This document shows, one piece after another, positions 52,786 through 64,000 of a DNA stretch of 64,000 bases (within the stretch, counting starts at the first letter, position 1; each line of letters starts with the position of its first letter). The DNA is from the human T2T-CHM13v2.0 reference genome, Homo sapiens. The DNA is taken from NCBI RefSeq assembly GCF_009914755.1, contig NC_060930.1; one strand, given 5' to 3'. The position numbers and the translations under genes are program-made. The notes below the pieces were generated by a model. That model searched no databases. It was not told the origin of the DNA and was given only the letters and a program-made list of their open reading frames with translations.

Positions 52786-53528
52786 GCAGAATGGCAGATT
52801 GTCTGTTTATTTTCCTAATCTGTGGAAAGAGTTGTAGGAAACAGTATTGCTCAGTTGTGCTCTGGGTTTGGTAGAGAAACAGTCTTGGATGCACATTAAA
52901 GAATGGATAGTAAATATCTATTACCAGGTGTCAGGAAGTTAATTCATGTGAGATCTCATAAGTGGGTGGAAATGCTTATAGAAAACAGCCTGAATGACTC
53001 GGAACCACTAAATAAAAACACTATATAATGTAATCAAAGACAAAAAAACTGAATAAGTAATAAAACAGGTGGTTGTGTGACACAACTCAAAGAGAAAGGG
53101 GCTATTCCCTAAAAATAAAAATTAAAGGACAAAATTTCAAGAGGTTTGCTTAAAATGAGAATGATCAAAAAAATACACTATAAAGAAAAACATATCCAAG
53201 AAGAAAGGATGAGAACACAGCTCAGTCATAAAAATGGCAAGCATCTTAATTCCTCTCCATGCTCAGAAAACTCACTGGCAAATAGAACATTTAACCTATT
53301 TTTTCTTTCATTCGACAAATATTATTTCTGTACCAAATATCTGTAATATATTTTGATAATTTCTGGGGATATGGAATTAAATGAATATACTTCTTGCTAT
53401 AAAGTTGCTCACAACATAGTAAGGGCAGAAGGTGGTTTATATGGAGTAGGTTTGAAAATGGAAAAGGGAATCCACAGTTATAATTCAGTGGAATAAGTGC
53501 CAGAGTATTTCTATTACTCTTTCCTATG

Positions 53529-54022
53529 TACATTAGTTAGGATTTTTTTGGCTATAAAAAACCTAACTCAAAATAGATTATGGAAAGTGGAAATGTATTG
53601 ACCTCTATAACTAACAAGCTCATGGGTGGAGCTAAATTCATTCATAGCTGGATTTGGGGCTCAAGTAATATCAAAAGAGCCAGATCTTTTCATCTCTGGG
53701 ATCTTCTGTCTTTCATTGGTTGGTCTTGTTTTCAGGTTCCAGATGGAGGCAAGATGAATTCAGTTTTTCTCTGTTTTATTTCCAGTGTAACTGAAAGTTG
53801 ACTCTTCGTGAACTTCCAATAAAATGTTATTACTTTTCATTAGTTCTGATTGGGCCATTTGCTCATCTTTAACAAATTGCCATGATGAGGGGAATGCGAT
53901 GCTCTAATTGACCAAACATAGCCATGTTTGGACTCTGATTCAGGGGAGCAACCAACTCTGCTTAGAGCACCGCGACTGGGAAAGAGGGAAAAGATGGTAC
54001 CCAGATGAAATTCAGGGTACAG
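53529..54022 (-). mobile_element. Old MLT1 (K/L-like) LTR
   Basis: attagttaggatt...aacctaactcaaa...ctgattgggccatttgctcatc...gggggaatgcgatgctctaattg. Confidence 0.65.
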
Positions 54023-54299
54023 TTACAGCCAGAAGGGGAAAAAACTGCTGAGAGGCATAATAAAAGATGAATGTCCACTACACGATTGAAACAGAGACAA
54101 AGAATAACTGAGGGAAGTAGGAAATACAATGTCAAGAAAAATTTTATTGATAAAATAATTACTGAGCTGAATTTTGGAGGACAAGGAAGAGTAAGCTAGA
54201 TGAATGTGCTCCTGTCCTTACCCCAGAGGTGAAAGGTAGGTGCAAACCACCAGGTGAGGTCACCAAGATTAAAGTCATTTAGTTCTGTTTCAATATGGG

Positions 54300-54495
54300 T
54301 TTTCCTTTAACTGCGGATCAAAGACTGTCAGCATCTATATTATGGAAGATAATTATTTTAAAATACAACTTTATCAGGCCTCACTTCATACCACCTAAAT
54401 TTTGGATCCTTGGGGCTGGGGCCTAGAATCTGTACTTTAACAAAACTAAATTAGCCTAGAAGATTTTTATATGTATTAAAGTTTAAGAACCACAG
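54300..54495. mobile_element. MER5-type MITE
   Basis: ggggctggggcctagaatctgtactttaacaa...aaagtttaagaaccac. Confidence 0.6.
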
Positions 54496-54654
54496 TTCTA
54501 TATCTAAATAATTTATCCAATTTCTTAGGAGACCATGGGTACAGTATTCATCCATCCAATGAACAGATATTTGTCTAGCACCTTATACATGCCAGGCAGT
54601 CTTCCAGGCACTGGGAATATGTCAGTGAAATACAGTTGCTGTTAAAAGGACATT

Positions 54655-54793
54655 TCTACATTATCTGTGAGGTCCAGTGCAAAACAAAAATGTGAGGACC
54701 TCTTGTTCAGATACTAAGAATTGTAAGACAGAGACAGAAGAGCATTAAACCAAGTGTGACTTCACAGGTCCCATGGCCATGAAACTGGCCCTG
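54655..54793 (-). mobile_element. MER45A (hAT-Tip100)
   Basis: ccagtgcaaaacaaaaatg...gagcattaaaccaag...catgaaactggccctg. Confidence 0.75.
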
Positions 54794-55057
54794 CCTGCCA
54801 GTATAACATCTATAATCCAGTTGAGCTAAAGACCCTCAGAAACAAGAAGACTGTAAGCTCTTAAAATAAAAAACTTGGAGGTTATCAAAAACACACCCCT
54901 TCCTTATTATTTTTTTGGCTCTGTTCCTCTTATCAAAGTAGATATTATCAAAATTAACTCTGACTCTTATTTCCTCGAGTTACTGATGTTTTGAAGAGCA
55001 AAAGTGTCTTTGAATTTGGCATAGATCAATAGGATTAGTCTTTCCACTTTATCGTAC

Positions 55058-55228
55058 CAGTGGTTCTCCAAATCTGATCCTCGTAACAGCAACATTAGCA
55101 ACACCTGCGAACTTCTTAGACCTGCCCCGGTCCTACTGAATCAGAAACTCTAGCGGTGGGGCCCAGCAATCTGTGTTTTAACATGCCCCCAGATAATTCC
55201 AATGCATGATAAGGTTTTAGAAGCACTG
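55058..55228. mobile_element. MER5A
   Basis: cagtggttctc...cctactgaatcagaaactct...ggggcccagcaatctgtgttttaac. Confidence 0.85.
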
Positions 55229-55369
55229 TATCACACATACAACATCTGGGGCAGAGAAGTGAGGCATTTTGGTGTATATTTCCATTAAAAACAAATTGTA
55301 CTTATAATTGACTTATTATTTATTTGTTAGTAGAATCAAGAAGGTGTGTCCATTTAAGTAATTAGAAAG

Positions 55370-57630
55370 AAATATACCTAAAACAAAGTGATTTAGAAAG
55401 GTGAAAAACAAAAGAATAGACAAACTTTGACAACTGAGAACTAAAGATGCAAGGATTAAAATCTTAATAGTAGAATGTAAGCCAAAAAAGAATTAACAAG
55501 GTAAATAATGGCACTTTATAATGCTGAAGAGTATAATTTAAGGTGGAGATATGACATTCCACCAAGTAATATATCATCAATATTCATGAAACAAATTTCG
55601 GGAAAAAATAGAGAATAGATTTTTAAAAACTAATAGAAGAGGTCTTTAGTTCACCTGCTTTTAAGTCTCTAGCAATCACCTTAACAAAATATAAGAATAT
55701 TTATAGAAAACCTAAATTGCATAATTGAAGTAGTTTATCTTATTGATAAAATTCAAACACCATCCTGAAAATGGAGAATGTTTTTTTAAGAGTCCATGAA
55801 ACAATTACAAAATGAATAAAAATCAGAACATATGAAAACATCAATAATTTATAAAAGGATAAATAGTATAGACAATATTCCTCAATTACAATGCACACAA
55901 AAAGACACAAATAACAAAAACTGAAAACCAAAAGGCCCTTTCACCTGGACATTGAAAAAATTTTTCTCAGAAAAAATATAAACCAAAATCTCAGCACTTT
56001 TAGGAAACATGATAAGTAAAACACTACATAACAGAACTATGGGAAACAATAAAGAAACACTCAAAGGGAAACTTGTGGACCTAGGTATTACCTCAAAAAA
56101 AGAGAAATAACTAAAACAAAGTCAAGCCAATAGAACAGAATAGAGAGCCCAGGAATAAGGCTGCCATCTACAACCATCTCATCTTTGACAAAGCTGACAA
56201 AAACAAGCAATGGGGAAAAGACTCCCTATTCAATAAATGGTGCTGGGATAACTGGCTAGTCATATGCAGATGATTGAAGCTGGACCCCTTCCTTATACCA
56301 TATACAAAAATAAATTCAAGATGGATTAAAGACTTAAATGTAAAACCCAAAACTATAAAAACTCTGGAAGACAACCTAGGTAATACTATCCTGGACATAG
56401 GCATGGGCAAAGATTTCATGAAAAAGACCCCAAAAGCAATCGTAAGAAAAGCAAAAATTAACAAGTGGGATCTAATTAAACTTACGAGCTTCTGCATCTG
56501 CACAGCAAAAGAAACTATCAACATAGTAAACAGACAACCTACAGAATGGGAAAAAAAGTATCTCAAACTATGCATCTGACAAAGGCCTAATATCCAGCAT
56601 CTATGAAGAACTTAAACAAATTTACAAGAGAAAAGAAAACAACCCCATTAAAAAGTGGGCAAAGGACATGAACAGACGCTTCTTAAAAGAAGACATACAT
56701 GTGGCCAAGCATATGAAAAAAGCTCAGTATCACTGATCATTACAGAAATGCAAATCAAAACCACGAGATATCATCTCATACCAATCCCAATGGCTACTAT
56801 AAAAAGTCAAAAGTAACAGATGCTAGCGAGGTTGCAGAGAAAAGGGAAAACTTATACACTGTTGGTGGGAGTGTAAATTAGTTTAACCATTGTGGAAAGC
56901 AGTATGGCAATTCTTCAAAGAGTTAAAAGCAGAACATACCAGTACTGGGTATACACACCCAGAGGAATATAAAGGATTCTATCATAAAGATGCATACATG
57001 CTAATGTTCATTGCAGCACTAGTCACAATAGCAAAGACACGGAATCAACCTAAATGCCCATCAATGATAGACTGGATAAAGAAAATGTGGTACATATCCA
57101 CCATGGAATGTTATGCAGCCATAAAAAAGAACAAGATCATGTCTTTTGCAGGAACATGGATGGAGCTGGAGGCTATCATCCTTAGCAAACTACCATAGGA
57201 AAAGAAAACCAAACACCATATATTCTCACCTATAAGTGGGAGCTAAGTGAGGAGAACTTATAAACACAAAGGAAACAACAAACACTGGGATCTACTTGAG
57301 GGTGGGCTTCGTACTTGGGTGATGAAATAATATGTACAACACTCTCCTGTGACACATTGTTTACCTATGTAACAAACCTTCACATGTATCCCCACACCTA
57401 AAATAAAAATTAAAAAATAAAATAATAAAAAGTCAAGAAAAATTCAATCTATAAAGGTTGAAAAAAATGAAAAGAAAGCAGAGAAGGGACTAAGTTATGA
57501 AAGATAAAGGAAGCAACAAAAAAACAGAAAATATAAAAATCATGGAACTAACAAGTAAATCTCAAGCAGGCTTATTGGAAAATCAACCAAAAATGGAGGA
57601 AAACAACAAAAACTCCCAGATAACTTAAGT
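55370..57630 (+). mobile_element. Ancient L1ME ORF2 (endonuclease region) fragment split by L1PA
   Basis: A-rich decayed ORF2 motifs on both sides of the L1PA insertion. Confidence 0.6.
56127..57428 (+). mobile_element. 5'-truncated L1PA12-14-class element
   Basis: ORFs [24 protein letters not shown] and NQPKCPSMIDWIKKMWY; TSD aaagtcaag. Confidence 0.93.
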
Positions 57631-58712
57631 CATTTTGAAAAATTCTATTTTTGTAAATACCCTAAATATTTTTAAAATACTCATTACTATGATACATCAA
57701 GTAAGTGTGTGTTTATTTACAACCCACTCTGGCAATTTCTTGTTGTTAAGTTACCTTCTCCTACCCTTCCCCACTTACATCATAGAGCACCTTGCAAAAG
57801 GCTTTGTACATTTGAAAGATAGTATCAATAGTAGTGATATCAATTGTAATGATTGCTAAAAGTTATAAAGTACCTGCTATTTTTAACATTTAAATTTTGA
57901 AGGTGTAAACTTGATTTAATCTTCAAAACAATCTTCTGATGAGTTAAGTGACAGAAGAATGGGAAGATAAAGACATTAATAGAAGTGGAGGAACTTCCAC
58001 CCCAGAGCCTGTGCCCTTCATCCTCCCCCCCCCTTTCTCTCCACCTCTTGGAAGCACTCAATCAACACTTGTTGAACGACTAAATAAATAAATAAGTATT
58101 TGCATTTCAAGGGAACAAAATTGAGATGGTGTCACTTAACAGGGCTCACAGTCCTGAGGAGCCATAAAAATACAAACAATTATTAAGATGCTACCTTTCC
58201 TTCAGTTGGAGATCTTCTGTTTGAAAATAAACTGACTTAAGAACAAAGGGGATATGGATTCACATTATCTGAAAAGCTCCAGGGGATACATTAGTCACGG
58301 CTAGATCCAAGGTCACAAAGGATATAATCCTGACTTGATCTCTCTCACTGTCCTCCCCGCATCACCACCACCACATGCCGTCAGTAGTTCACATTCTCTT
58401 TCTTTCCATGTCTCAACTCTGCTTTTCTCTAGGTTGAGTTCATTCTCAGTCTTACTTAACTGTACCTAAGGATCACAAGCCACTTTCTAAAATCTAACTT
58501 TTCTTTCCTCTCTTCACTGTTTGGAAGTGAATTTGACTTTCTTGTGACTTCATTTTACATTTTATCTTTCTATTTCGGTGCCACGTGTTTGCAGAGGGAG
58601 AATAACATGTCAGTGAATTTCTACAGAGCAGTACCAGGGAAGGACAATAAAACAACAGCAAAACCTTAAGTTCCATATAAGAAACAGAATATTAAGAGTA
58701 ATACAATTTTCA

Positions 58713-59009
58713 TTTTGTTTTGTTTTGAGGTGGAGTCTTGCTCTGTCACCCAGGCTGGAGTGCAGTGCTGCAATCTCAGCTCACTACAACTTCTGCCCCC
58801 CGAGGTTCAAGCAATTCTACTGCTTTAGTCTCCCAAATAGCTGGGATTATAGGTGACCACCACCATGTCCAGCTAATTTTTGTATTTTTAGTAGAGACGG
58901 GGTTTCGCCATGTTGGCTAGGCTGGTCTTGAACTCCTGACCTCAGGTAATCCACCTGCCTCAGCCTCCCAAAGTGCTAGGATTACAGGTGTGAGCCACCA
59001 CACCCGGCC
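58713..59009 (-). mobile_element. AluS (Sx/Sz-like)
   Basis: (GTTTT)n tail plus gaggtggagtcttgctct...ctcctgacctcagg...cccggcc. Confidence 0.95.
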
Positions 59010-59589
59010 ACAAATGTTTACTAAAAAGGGAAGAAGAGGTCATTTTAAAAGCAAAGCACGTTTTTCTTAAGCAAACTTGCCAAAATCATAACTTTTAAAT
59101 GTCACACCAGCAGTTTCACCTTTTCACCTCGTCTGATGAGGGTACTAAAAAAGAAAATTGCAGCAAGCTAGCTGTCATCAAAAGGTAAATGGAGACTTTG
59201 GATGGTATGAGTTTGGGCTGCCAGGTCAAAAGTTCCTCTCTTTGTGTTGTTATTTGTTTTGCTCGCTATGCCAAATTAATTTGAAATTTAAAATTAATTT
59301 AAAATCAAGTGAGCAAATATTTAGGTATAAAGACCTGATTGTGAAAATGGAATACTTCCACCACTGAGACTGAGATTTATGGTGAATTTTCTCTTCCAAG
59401 ATGAAACCTTCATTTTCCCAAACATACTTATCAGAAATTCATTTGGATGGTCTGTTTTCTTTTTCTTGTAGATGCCTGAATACTACATTATAGTGTCTCT
59501 TTCCAATTCACAGAACAGGGAATAGAACCTGAGATAAAAATACAAAGTCAATTACAAGAAACCAAAACTGTGTTCAAGGAAGAATACTG

Positions 59590-59685
59590 AGTGTGACCAA
59601 CTCATTGTGGTTTATCTAGAATTTTCCTGGTTTTAGCTTTGAAAGTACTGAGTTCCAGGAACCCTCTTAGTTCCTGGCAAATCAT
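59590..59685. mobile_element. MER94-like (hAT-Blackjack) fragment
   Basis: agtgtgaccaactc...ttttcctggttttagc...ccaggaaccctcttagttcctggcaaa. Confidence 0.6.
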
Positions 59686-60389
59686 TCTCTATCTTTTAAC
59701 TGTGCTTGGTGTGAGATTTGAGACAAAAATCAGAAATGGATCACATAAACCCTGTATTAATATTTGATGATGTTTTAGCTACTCTGGAGGAGTGGCTGTT
59801 TAAAACCACACATTAATTTATAATGCCAAATTTTACACTGGGCCTTGGGAATTCTAAAAAGACAATGTCCAAGAGCCCATTAAAATGAGTAAATGTTAAA
59901 TACTCTCATACAATATATTTTTAATATTTTATTATATTTTAAAATATAATATTTTTAATATTTTTACATAAAGATTAATTTAATCTTTATGTAAAAGAAA
60001 TTTACACAAAATACACAAAGAAGACAGTTAAGCTTTAGTAAATGGCATGGTTTATTGACTGATATATAAAAATACCATGACAAATTTCTCTAATGTTCTT
60101 TTATAGTTCTCTGATTTTAATGCTAAGGAGCAAACATAATGAAAAATCTGACAGCCTTCTTTTTAGAGAACGCTCTGCAAGCGAAGCAGCTCAACGATGC
60201 TGACTATTCTCTGTCAACTTGATTTCAAATTGTATTGTCTAAATCTTGCCATTAGGAAAAAGAATAGATATATTCTTAATGAGTCACGCTTCATTTCTTC
60301 TGCTGTGTTTGGCAGAGAGAAATCTACTTTGACTAGAGAGTAAAGTAAGAGTGGATGGAATAAAAGAAAGCTTTGTATCCTACAGGAAC

Positions 60390-60715
60390 ACAGAAGAGAC
60401 CGTCCCTGGCACCAATTGTCCATGTGCTTCCTGACATTTCCCAGTCTCCCTTGCAGTTAGATGCGCAGTTAGCTGAAGCTCAATGATAAGAATGTGAATG
60501 GGAGTCTGATCTGAAGCAGCTAAGAACAGATGCAAATTCTCCACTGACGCCTTGGCTGGAAGTGAAGAACTCTGAAATGGAGTCATTGGAAAACTGAAGC
60601 AGCTGGATTCCTGAGACATCACTGGAGAACCACCAAACCACTAATACCTGACCTGCATCAGATTATGATGTGAGCAAGTAGAAAATCTTGTTCACTCAGT
60701 GGTGTTATATTAAGC
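60390..60715 (+). mobile_element. Old MLT1 LTR fragment
   Basis: catttcccagtctcccttgcagttag...gcagctggattcctgag. Confidence 0.55.
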
Positions 60716-61011
60716 TACTGAGATTCTGGGGTTTGTGTTTCTGACCTAGGAAATTGCTTTCTGGAAATTATAAAATCTAAGATTTTCCGTTTAAGCCCCT
60801 CTAAACTTTCTACTTTGAAAGACATATTAGAAAATATATATATTATATATATTATATACACACATATATACTTTGACTTTGACTCTGTATTACCAAGTAA
60901 CAGGTAAGCATTCCATAGCATAATCAACTCTAGAATAGGTACTATAATGAACCACAAGTCAACCAAATGAGGAAATGGACTTACAGTGTTCAAAGGACAA
61001 GAGCATGAGAC

Positions 61012-61495
61012 TGACAAAGATTCTCTGCTTGGCCAAACTCCTGAACCTTTCCTAGGGTCATCTATGTACTTCTTTGTAAAATTCAGTATGAGCAAAGAAC
61101 CCTGTCAGTTTTGAAAGAATCCTTCCCCCAACCTCAATATCTGATCATCCTCAGTGTTTAATCAGCCTTCTTATCCTCTGTCATCCTCCAGGTGATGTCT
61201 ATTCACCTTGACTTGTCTTCAACAAGAATCCTGTTAGTTTAGTTTAACCGGAATTATTCTTACCCCTGATGTTTCCTCTTTGTAATTTTCCATCACTAAC
61301 CCCTACCCTACTCCTTGGCTATAAATTCCTACTTTGCCCAAGCTGTAATCAGATTCTAGTCCAATCTCTCTCCCCAACTGCAAAATCCCATTGCAGTGGT
61401 CTCGATATCTACCATGAAAGTCCTGAATGAAATCTGCCTTACTACGCTAAAAAAAGAAAAAAAAGCATCATCAGCTCTTTTTGTTCTTAATAAAA
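61012..61495 (+). mobile_element. MER31 (ERV1) solo LTR
   Basis: tgacaaagattctctgcttggccaaact...cttacccctgatgtttcctct...ctccttggctataaattcc. Confidence 0.82.
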
Positions 61496-61834
61496 TTCTT
61501 AGTGGGAAAACTGTGTGTTCAGAATGTTGCAACTGGATCACCCAGTTTGTGGTACGAGGACATTACAAATATTTTCCTTGCATGAGACAACTAGTCTAAA
61601 TGGCCACTTGTTTTTTCCCTTTCCCCCTCAGCTCCTCTTATCCTCTACTCTAGCCTTCATTTTTCTATTCAACATTATAGACTGTCATGTTGCATTCAAA
61701 TGGATATGTTGATTATTTACTCAAATGAATATAGTGGTAGTAAAACAGGCAAAGAAGCAGCAGAGCCTTAGTAAAATGTTTTCCTTTGACTATAATCCTG
61801 TCCTGGACTGTTCACACAATAAGTCACTGCAGCT

Positions 61835-62075
61835 GTGGTGTTAAGTACAGATTCACACAATGTGGAGTCAAGCCTGTGCTCCACTACTTACTAGCTCTGT
61901 GACCTTAGAAGAGTTACTGAACTACTTTAAATCCTAGTTTTTAATCTGTAAAATAAAAACAATCAGATCTACCTCTAAGCTATTTTAAGAGATATAAACA
62001 AGATAATGCTTGTGGAAGTGTGTCCAGCAATACCTGGCACGCAGTGAGTGCTAAGTAAATATGTGTTGAATGTTC
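61835..62075 (+). mobile_element. MIR
   Basis: ctccactacttactagctctgtgacctt...tctgtaaaat...cctggcacgcagtgagtgct. Confidence 0.85.
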
Positions 62076-62142
62076 ATGAATTCATACAAAGAGAAACCAT
62101 AAAACAATCGAAGTATGCACATTATTTATAAGAGCTATGCAC

Positions 62143-62460
62143 AGTGGTGTGCTGGTAAATATGAACAATTTGCTCTCCTGGGGTGGAGGACAATTTCAAG
62201 CAACAAGGGAAAGCCATTAAATATGGAGTTGCATATCATTATATGGTTTTTCCACCCAAAAGACATTAATAACCTCAAGAACACAAATAATGGTAACATG
62301 GAGAAAAATAATGGGGGACTTGTAAGTTTTGAATTTTATTGCCTTTTAAAAATATAATTTATTAAATTTTAAGTGTATAGAATTTAATTTTTATTAATGT
62401 CTATGTATAACAACTGGCACTTGAAAATTTAACTATCAGCTCTTCTGAGCTGGTACAAAC
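62143..62460. mobile_element. MER63-type (hAT-Blackjack)
   Basis: cagtggtgtgctggtaaat...gaaaatttaactatcagctct...gagctggtac. Confidence 0.7.
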
Positions 62461-62544
62461 CCCTATTGTGTGTGTCTACTTACATTTGCTTAAATTAACT
62501 GTTTGTGAACTGCACATAATTTATTCCATTATGTGACTCAGTCT

Positions 62545-62715
62545 TGGCATGGTGGCAGGTCATATGCTCCAGTATGGACAATGAGCTGAATCCCAGCTCT
62601 GAGACATGTTAGCTCTGGGACCTTAGACAAGTGACAACATTTCCAAAGCTCATTTTCTTTATTGTTAGAGTTGAAGATTAGGGCTAAAAATAATACTTAA
62701 CCCATAAAATTTTTA
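62545..62715 (+). mobile_element. MIR
   Basis: gaatcccagctct...gaccttagacaagtgac...ctcattttctt. Confidence 0.7.
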
Positions 62716-64000
62716 TACATTGAAAGAATTCATGTAAAAAACCTGACATGATGCTTTACGTGACGTGAATTCAGTAATGTTAGTACCATCCTCCATTTCT
62801 CCCAATCTTTTTTTGACTTCACAATGTCTAGAGGTAAAACAAACAAACCAAGGAACCAAATAACAATACCCCTTTGGGCCTGATTTTTTAAAAAGTCCTT
62901 GAACCAAGTAACCCCACCTAGATTGTGCCTTTGTGTGTTTTTGTATCTTTGTTCTCCAGTCAAAAGCAAGTAACTAGAATTATCTGGAATTGGTGCCACA
63001 CAGAAGTAATTACCATTTACATGAAGCAGTGCTTACATCGATGTGCAGATAAGAAACAACCTTCCCTGGCTCTTCTGAAAGAACTGGGTCCTGAATTTGG
63101 GTCAAGTGAGATGTTACGTCTGGGTTGTAGATGTGTACAAAAAACAAACAAACAAACAAAAAAAGCCTTGAAAATGCTAATGGCAAAAGAGAATTCAGGA
63201 CCCAAACTGAAAACATCTTTTATACATTCATTCCTGACTTTTACTAATTTCAAGCAAAGAGATTGAAATTTAACATATATTTCTAAATTTTACAAAAATG
63301 TGAATTTATGCCGTGTGGAAAAAATCACTATTAATTGAATATTATACCCTTTTTCATATTTTAATAAAGGGCTAATTTTAAACCTCAAAAATAACATAAA
63401 ATCATGAGGGTTGCACATTGACATCTACTGCACCAGCTTCTCAAATATTATGAAGAATTTCTATTTAAAGAAAACCTCCAGTGCATTCATTTTAGCCTTA
63501 CCCATAGGAATGTTTTCAAAGAATGAAAATACCCTTTTCAGATGACAATTTTACCTTTGTGTTTTGTTTTCACTCTCGCTGGATGTACCCAACTAAATAT
63601 CATCAACATGTTCCATCACCAAACTACATGGAAGCAAGTTGCAGGTTACCTAATCCTATTTCTTTTTTAAAATATACTACCGGATACTGCCAGATCCCAA
63701 GCCCAATTTCTAAAAATATCATTAACTATAATTAAATAGTACAAATGGGTACAGAAATAACTAAATTTTATAAATATATGTGATATTTTTCAGTGACCCC
63801 CTTTTCTTCTTCTCCTAGTTGACTTGGTTATTTTACTGTGCATTGGTCAGCACCAAACTTTGAACCTGGGAAATTGGAAAAGTTAAAATTCCAAAAAGTC
63901 AATATTTCAATTTATTAATAACTCTTTTCTAAAAATTTGATTAAAACTGTAGTTTACAATATTCTCTAAAACTGGGTATTGGAGAGCTTAATAGTTTCTT

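Overview
Primate (probably human or another hominoid) intergenic or deep-intronic DNA that is AT-rich and CpG-depleted. Most of the window is interspersed repeats: a near full-length Tigger1, L1 elements from ancient L1M to young L1PA3-type, five Alus, MaLR/ERVL/ERV1 solo LTRs, MIR/L2/L3, several MITEs and long polypurine/polypyrimidine STRs. I find no intact protein-coding gene, RNA gene or CRISPR array. The longer ORFs are decayed transposase or L1 ORF2 remnants, Alu frames or low-complexity artefacts. Repeat subfamily names come from my memory of consensus sequences, not from a database search, and boundaries of old elements are approximate. I cannot support a novel biological system here. 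The most interesting observations are local: a 34-bp-arm hairpin inside an ERVL LTR, a tiny twin-primed L1, a 62-bp inverted copy of a neighbouring LTR end, paired perfect AT palindromes, other templated-insertion scars and a strong CTCF motif.
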